Part shown: piece by piece, positions 59,278-64,000 of the stretch | Position numbering within the stretch: position 1 is the stretch's first letter | How the letters are laid out: each line of letters begins with the position of its first letter | Source of the DNA: Bacteroidales bacterium | GTDB lineage: Bacteria; Bacteroidota; Bacteroidia; Bacteroidales; UBA4417 | NCBI GenBank assembly: GCA_038249705.1 | Contig: JBBSDC010000002.1 | Location: forward strand, 1,442-65,441 | Direction of reading: 5' to 3' | DNA length: 64,000 bases | Translations under genes and position numbers: made by a program | Notes under the pieces: generated by a model | Databases searched by the model: none | Told to the model about the DNA's origin: nothing | Seen by the model: only the letters and a program-made list of their open reading frames with translations

Positions 59278-60081
59278 TTAGTTTTTAGCATTTTTGTTTT
59301 TAACCAGGATATCCATGAAGCTGATGGTTGAATCTTCCATGTTATTAACCAGTGATTCAACTTTTGACACCAGGTAGTTATAGATAACCTGAAGAATGAT
59401 TGCAACAATAAGTCCGAATACGGTTGTGAGAAGAGCAACCTTCATACCGCCTGCTACAACGGTTGGTGAAATATCGCCTGCAGCTTCAATTGAATCAAAA
59501 GCTGTAACCATACCTACAACTGTACCGAGGAACCCGAGCATAGGAGCAAGTGCGATAAACAAAGTGATCCACGAAAGGTTGGTTTCGAGACGAGCCATCA
59601 TAACACCACCATAGGAAATAACTGATTTCTCAACTATATCAATACCTTCATTGTAACGATCGAGCCCCTGGTAGAAAATAGAAGCAACAGGACCCCGTGT
59701 GTTTTTACATACCTCTTTTGCAGCACTGATACCATTTGTCTGAAGTTCGCTTTCAACTTTATTGAGTAATTTAGTGGTATTGGTAGTTGATAGATTCAGA
59801 TAAATGATACGCTCAATACTTAAGCCTAAGCCAATAATAAGACAGATAAGAATTGGGAACATCCATGCAGCGCCTCCATCAATAAATTTTTTCTTCAGCA
59901 CCTGGTGGAATGATTCGGATGTTTCAGCAGCAACTTCGGTAGTTTCGGTAACCGGAGCAACAGCCTCGTCAACCTGGGCAGCAGTATCGGTAGCTGCTGG
60001 TTGATCCTGCGCGAAAGCGAAATTCGACAAACCGATTGATAGCATTAAAGCTATTGACAAGAAGGCAATTACTTTTTTCAT
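59278..60081 (-). CDS. exbB: MotA/TolQ/ExbB proton-channel protein
   Basis: It has a signal peptide plus an acidic Ala/Thr/Glu-rich N-extension, then three TM helices with an ExbB-type C-terminal half (LAPMLGFLGTVVGMVTAF). Confidence 0.9.
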   Translation of the reverse strand: MKKVIAFLSIALMLSIGLSNFAFAQDQPAATDTAAQVDEAVAPVTETTEVAAETSESFHQVLKKKFIDGGAAWMFPILICLIIGLGLSIERIIYLNLSTTNTTKLLNKVESELQTNGISAAKEVCKNTRGPVASIFYQGLDRYNEGIDIVEKSVISYGGVMMARLETNLSWITLFIALAPMLGFLGTVVGMVTAFDSIEAAGDISPTVVAGGMKVALLTTVFGLIVAIILQVIYNYLVSKVESLVNNMEDSTISFMDILVKNKNAKN

Positions 60082-60145
60082 AGTGTCACTGTATTGATTT
60101 TTGATTTTTTAGTGATTTGATAAATTATGAATAAAATTCAAAGTG

Positions 60146-60234
60146 CGGAGAGGATGGGATTCGAACCCATGATACGCTTTTGGCGTATACACACTTTCCA
60201 GGCGTGCGCCATCGACCAACTCGGCCACCTCTCC
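60146..60234 (-). tRNA. tRNA-Ser (anticodon GGA)
   Basis: Reverse complement: GGAGAGGTGGCCGAGTTGGTCGATGGCGCACGCCTGGAAAGTGTGTATACGCCAAAAGCGTATCATGGGTTCGAATCCCATCCTCTCCG. It is 89 nt with a long variable arm and anticodon loop CTGGAAA. CCA is not encoded. Confidence 0.9.
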
Positions 60235-60289
60235 AGTTTTTCAAATATTTTTTTTCGGTTTTATACCTTTTTAACGGGGCGCTAAGTTA

Positions 60290-60297
60290 CAAAATTA
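60290..60297 (-). promoter_or_regulatory. Putative -7 promoter box (TAATTTTG) for tRNA-Ser
   Basis: The plus strand reads caaaatta, so the minus strand reads TAATTTTG. It lies 55 nt upstream of the tRNA 5' end. Confidence 0.35.
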
Positions 60298-60660
60298 TTT
60301 TACAAACCCTTCCTTAAAGAATTTTATTAATAAAAAGGGCTAACTCCTTATGTATCATGTCAATCGAACGCACTCTGATGATTCAATTTTAAAAGCAGGA
60401 AAAACATGGTATAGAAATACAGAAAAAAGTATCAGATGAAGCAACATCTTTCGTAAAAATTGAAGCAGCTAATTTGAAATAATTAAAAAAAACCTGGCTA
60501 TGCATGGTTAAAAGTCCAATGAATAATCAGCTTGATAAGCAGGCATTCTTAAAAACTGAGTTCTTCATTTCTCACTCATTACGACTCAGTCCCTTTTCCT
60601 ATGAGGATTAAACTTATCAGAACTCACATACAAAAGCTCAATTGCAAATATCAGGGTAGT

Positions 60661-61854
60661 TCAGGATACTGAATTCCTGGATTGAAGCAGGATTTTTGAC
60701 TGGTAATGTTTGAGCGAAATAAAAATGAAATAGATAAGGGCTGCAATATTTAATCCACTGAATAACAGGTATGTTTTTGGCAGTCCTAAGGAATGAGCTG
60801 ATAGTCCGGTAATAAGCATCCCCAACCCTATTCCCAGGTCAAGACCCGAAAAAAGTGTTGAATTTGCAGCTCCTCTTCGCTGTGGAGTAACAAGATTATT
60901 CACCATTGCCTGAAAAGTAGGAAAAACGATGCCGCTGCCAAGCCCCAAAATAAAGCCAGCAGCTAAAAATGCAAACTTGTATATAACAAGCCCGAGCAGC
61001 AAATTTCCTATTGCAAGCAACAGGATTCCAACTATTGAAAGCACTGCGGGACCATTTCGATCAAAGATTTTACCCATATAAATCCGGGCTATTGTTATAC
61101 CTGTAGCAAACACTATAAAAAACTCACCTGTTAGTCCAAGTCCGGTTTTAATAGCATAAAGTGAAATAAATGAAACAAGTCCGCCATAACTTATGTTGAT
61201 TAATAAAAGGTTGAATGTAACCGGCAGTGATGAAGTTTCAATCAGGTTTCGCCACGAAAACTTATTGATTAAAGTAGGTGGCATTACCGGATACTTGATT
61301 GGCAATGTAAACAGAAACCCGACAAATGCGAGTGCCCCTGCAAACCAAAACATCGGAGTGAAGGAATTATTCCGTGTTAACTCAATCCCGATAAAAGGCC
61401 CTATTGCCATAGGAATTGTCATAGCAAGTCCATATAAACCAATGCCTTCGCCACGACGGTGTGCAGGAACAATATCCACAATAAGGGTACTGCCGGTTGT
61501 TGTTGCTACTCCCCATACCAGGCCATGAAGAAAACGAACAGCTATCATCCATACGAAAACCCCTGCGAGAGGATAAATAATAAAAATAACTGCAAAAATT
61601 AAAATCGCCGGAATGTAAAAAAATTTGCGTCCATGCCTGTCAATCAAAAAACCGGTAAAAGGCCTGATAATCAGAGCTGCCAGTGTATAAACTGAAAGAA
61701 TGATGCCGGTTTGACCTTCATTTATTTTTAATTCACGGGTTAAAAATACAGGCAAAGTTGGAAGCAGAAGGTAAAATGCAGTAAACATGAGTAAACTGGC
61801 AAAAAATACCATTAGAAAATTGCCCCTGAAAATTGACTTGCTGGTTTGCGGCAT
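60661..61854 (-). CDS. MFS transporter
   Basis: A 397-aa protein with about 12 TM helices and an MFS loop motif between TM2 and TM3 (GFLIDRHGRK). Confidence 0.8.
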   Translation of the reverse strand: MPQTSKSIFRGNFLMVFFASLLMFTAFYLLLPTLPVFLTRELKINEGQTGIILSVYTLAALIIRPFTGFLIDRHGRKFFYIPAILIFAVIFIIYPLAGVFVWMIAVRFLHGLVWGVATTTGSTLIVDIVPAHRRGEGIGLYGLAMTIPMAIGPFIGIELTRNNSFTPMFWFAGALAFVGFLFTLPIKYPVMPPTLINKFSWRNLIETSSLPVTFNLLLINISYGGLVSFISLYAIKTGLGLTGEFFIVFATGITIARIYMGKIFDRNGPAVLSIVGILLLAIGNLLLGLVIYKFAFLAAGFILGLGSGIVFPTFQAMVNNLVTPQRRGAANSTLFSGLDLGIGLGMLITGLSAHSLGLPKTYLLFSGLNIAALIYFIFISLKHYQSKILLQSRNSVS

Positions 61855-61936
61855 CCTGATTCGTTATTGGTTAATCGTAGTAAATGCATATTTGTATACA
61901 TTAATAATACGATGACAATAGTATTGACTGTTGCCG

Positions 61937-61944
61937 CAAAGATA
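61937..61944 (-). promoter_or_regulatory. Putative -7 promoter box (TATCTTTG) for the MFS gene
   Basis: The plus strand reads caaagata, so the minus strand reads TATCTTTG. It lies 82 nt upstream of ATG 61854. Confidence 0.35.
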
Positions 61945-62157
61945 TTAATTCATTTGTTTGAAACAGCCGGCTTTTTAATTCAACAATCAGATCGATGTGT
62001 CTGTTTCATATTTCCATAAATAGTGCCATTAGAAATCATTTCAGACTTTTCGCGGTTTCATACAAGACAGGATTCCTGTACACTTAACGATAAGGTGAAT
62101 TTAAGGAATGGCTGGCCGGGAAATAAACAGGTGCAATCCACCCTAAACAATTCAATT

Positions 62158-63873
62158 CTATTTTTCCTCAGGGATAGTAACTTTATACGATTTGCCGGTA
62201 TTGTTTCCATCCTTACCGATGAGAGTAAGTGTATATGTATATTGGTTTCCGGAAGTAACCTCCTTGTCGGAGAAACTACTTTTTTTTAAATTTTCAGCAA
62301 GAATCCTGAGTGGCGATTTACTGTTAGCCGGCCCATTCTGGCGGGCAATTGTGTAAGAAACACAATCGGTTTTTCTGCTCACAACATCATCCCAGTAAAG
62401 TTCAATTCCTCCTTCTGACGGGAAGGCACTGAAATATGCAGCTTCGTTAACATTAACTGCCGCTGCTACCTGCATTTGTCCCGAAAGGCTACTTACAGCC
62501 GCGCCATCTTTTTCGTTGCGAACGGCATAAAAAACATTTTGCTTATTTTCTGCAACAAGGGTTGAATCAGTAAACGCAATTATCGACTTACCCTTGGTTT
62601 GTATAAGAGTTGGCAAAGCAAGCAACCCACCTTGTACTCCCTTAAAAACCCTCATCTGAGTTGCCAGTTTATCATTTACTTCAATCAGTAAACGAATATT
62701 TCCGTTTACTACAGATACATGTTTCAACACAGGAGCGTTTAGTTTATCGGCAAAAGCCAGACCAGGCACTTTCGCAATCATAGCTTCACTTTGCTGGGTT
62801 CTTTTTCCTGCTTTTGCAACCGCCTGAACATAATAGTAATATGTTTTTTCGGGCCAAAGTTGCTGATCAAGAAAAGATGTGTCGGTAGCCTTAATCTCTG
62901 TAAGTTTTTTAAATCCTGTACCAGTACCAACACTGCGGTATATTTCCAATGATTTTACTGTTATTGGATCAGTAAAGTGAAAGTTGAGCAAAACTCCGGC
63001 CAGTTCGGGTCTGAAAGCAATGCGGCTGTTTACAAAACGGGCTTTGTTAAAATTATCCTGGGTAATTACTGCTACCTGCGACGATTTACCCGAATTGCCA
63101 TACTGATCGAAAGGTGAGATAAAAAACTGCATTTCTTTTCCAGCGTCTATGGCTACGGTAGTATCTGAATAAATATAATACGTTGTATCATTCATTACAT
63201 ACCTCGAAGTGGTTCCCGGTGCTGTTACCGGGGCACCATTCCTGAATTTACTTGCCATAAATAAAGGTGCAGGATTTTTACCTGTTGATTTCCAGATTAT
63301 CCTTACTGACTTATGGTTATAACTGCTTTCGCTATATGTAATAGTATCAAACACTACGGCAAATGGTAACGAAACTGTGTCGGAAAGGAAACTATCTGCC
63401 ATATTTCCCTGTTGTTTAACACTGCTAACCCTATAACGGTAAACTACTTGGTTTGCAGCGGCTTTATCGTAATACATAATACCGAGCGCAACCCGTAAAG
63501 GGAATAATAACCGGGTTCCTTTCAGCGAATCGGTAGTGCCGGCAGCAACAGCCTTCTGATAGAGCTGACTGAGTATATCGCCCTGTGGCAATGGTTGCGA
63601 AGGAAATACTGACTTAGCCGCCTCAAGAGCTTTAGTAAAAGCAGCAAAATCCTTTGGCGTGCTTACTTCAGCAATCATTTTCCATTCCGAATTGTTTATT
63701 GAACGTTCTATTTTATAAGAAACGATATTTTTCCCTGAAGGAATGTCACTTCCCATGAAAATGAAAATCCCCTCAGGGCCTTGCTTTGTAGCTGCAGGAG
63801 CTTGAGCGTAAGTGCATAAATTCAAAATCATTAAAAAGAAAGCAATAAAGACGGTGGAAATGAGTTTTTGCAT
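62158..63873 (-). CDS. Secreted protein of unknown function with several FN3/Ig-like beta-sandwich segments
   Basis: It has a signal peptide (FLMILNLCTYAQA). Beta-sandwich hallmark strands recur about every 100-130 aa (SYKIERS, YRYRVSSV, LEIYRS...YYYYVQAV, YTIARQ...YTYTLTLI). I recognise no catalytic or sorting motif. Confidence 0.7.
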   Translation of the reverse strand: MQKLISTVFIAFFLMILNLCTYAQAPAATKQGPEGIFIFMGSDIPSGKNIVSYKIERSINNSEWKMIAEVSTPKDFAAFTKALEAAKSVFPSQPLPQGDILSQLYQKAVAAGTTDSLKGTRLLFPLRVALGIMYYDKAAANQVVYRYRVSSVKQQGNMADSFLSDTVSLPFAVVFDTITYSESSYNHKSVRIIWKSTGKNPAPLFMASKFRNGAPVTAPGTTSRYVMNDTTYYIYSDTTVAIDAGKEMQFFISPFDQYGNSGKSSQVAVITQDNFNKARFVNSRIAFRPELAGVLLNFHFTDPITVKSLEIYRSVGTGTGFKKLTEIKATDTSFLDQQLWPEKTYYYYVQAVAKAGKRTQQSEAMIAKVPGLAFADKLNAPVLKHVSVVNGNIRLLIEVNDKLATQMRVFKGVQGGLLALPTLIQTKGKSIIAFTDSTLVAENKQNVFYAVRNEKDGAAVSSLSGQMQVAAAVNVNEAAYFSAFPSEGGIELYWDDVVSRKTDCVSYTIARQNGPANSKSPLRILAENLKKSSFSDKEVTSGNQYTYTLTLIGKDGNNTGKSYKVTIPEEK

Positions 63874-63896
63874 TTGATTGTATTATTAAAAGGGCT

Positions 63897-63904
63897 CAAA
63901 GTTA
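63897..63904 (-). promoter_or_regulatory. Putative -7 promoter box (TAACTTTG) for the 571-aa secreted-protein gene
   Basis: The plus strand reads caaagtta, so the minus strand reads TAACTTTG. It lies 23 nt upstream of ATG 63873. Confidence 0.45.
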
Positions 63905-64000
63905 CATCAGTTTTCTATTCCATTTCAATCCGAATAGTTAATAGAAATGTTTTTACCGGTTCTGATCATAAAAATTTCTACATCAATCAACTTCATGTTT

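Overview
This window reads as a chromosomal segment of a Bacteroidota bacterium. The basis is type IX secretion (T9SS) genes (sprA, a PorP/SprF-like gene, a type-B T9SS C-terminal sorting domain), recurrent TAnnTTTG -7 promoter boxes shortly before start codons, and almost no Shine-Dalgarno sequences. I call 41 protein-coding genes, one truncated gene fragment and 2 tRNAs, tightly packed and mostly housekeeping. They include sufBCDS (sufS cut by the left edge), thiL, uvrC, a Tsx-like channel plus NCS2 purine permease pair, tonB, gcvH, the 2446-aa translocon sprA and ruvA. Also present are maeB-mdh, a Sir2 deacylase, recX, prfB with its programmed +1 frameshift, arsM-like and arsC-family genes, fumC, corA, DAHP synthase/chorismate mutase, asnS, rpoN, a sigma-54 response regulator, dusB and exbB-exbD-exbD. 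The one clearly accessory locus is a 13.5-kb minus-strand operon (24436-37926). It encodes a 3289-aa repeat-built adhesin with a type-B T9SS sorting domain, a PorP/SprF-like protein, and a TPR/beta-propeller/OmpA/SPOR protein. I found no CRISPR array, transposase, integrase, prophage, toxin-antitoxin pair or recognisable defence system, and I cannot point to a convincing new multi-gene system. Four signals are not explained by ordinary annotation. (1) The giant gene has higher-order repeat architecture: 16 length-locked 79-aa units organised as a 4-unit super-repeat with one fused unit, plus alternating 88/86-aa module pairs. (2) A two-copy bipartite G-tract/C-tract intergenic element with telomere-like CCCTAAA runs sits co-oriented directly upstream of sufC and uvrC. 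(3) A 140-bp inverted-repeat-bounded element lies between the sufB and thiL promoters. (4) A truncated M29 peptidase gene lies next to a tRNA(CAT). All family names come from motif recognition by eye; no homology search or folding computation was possible.
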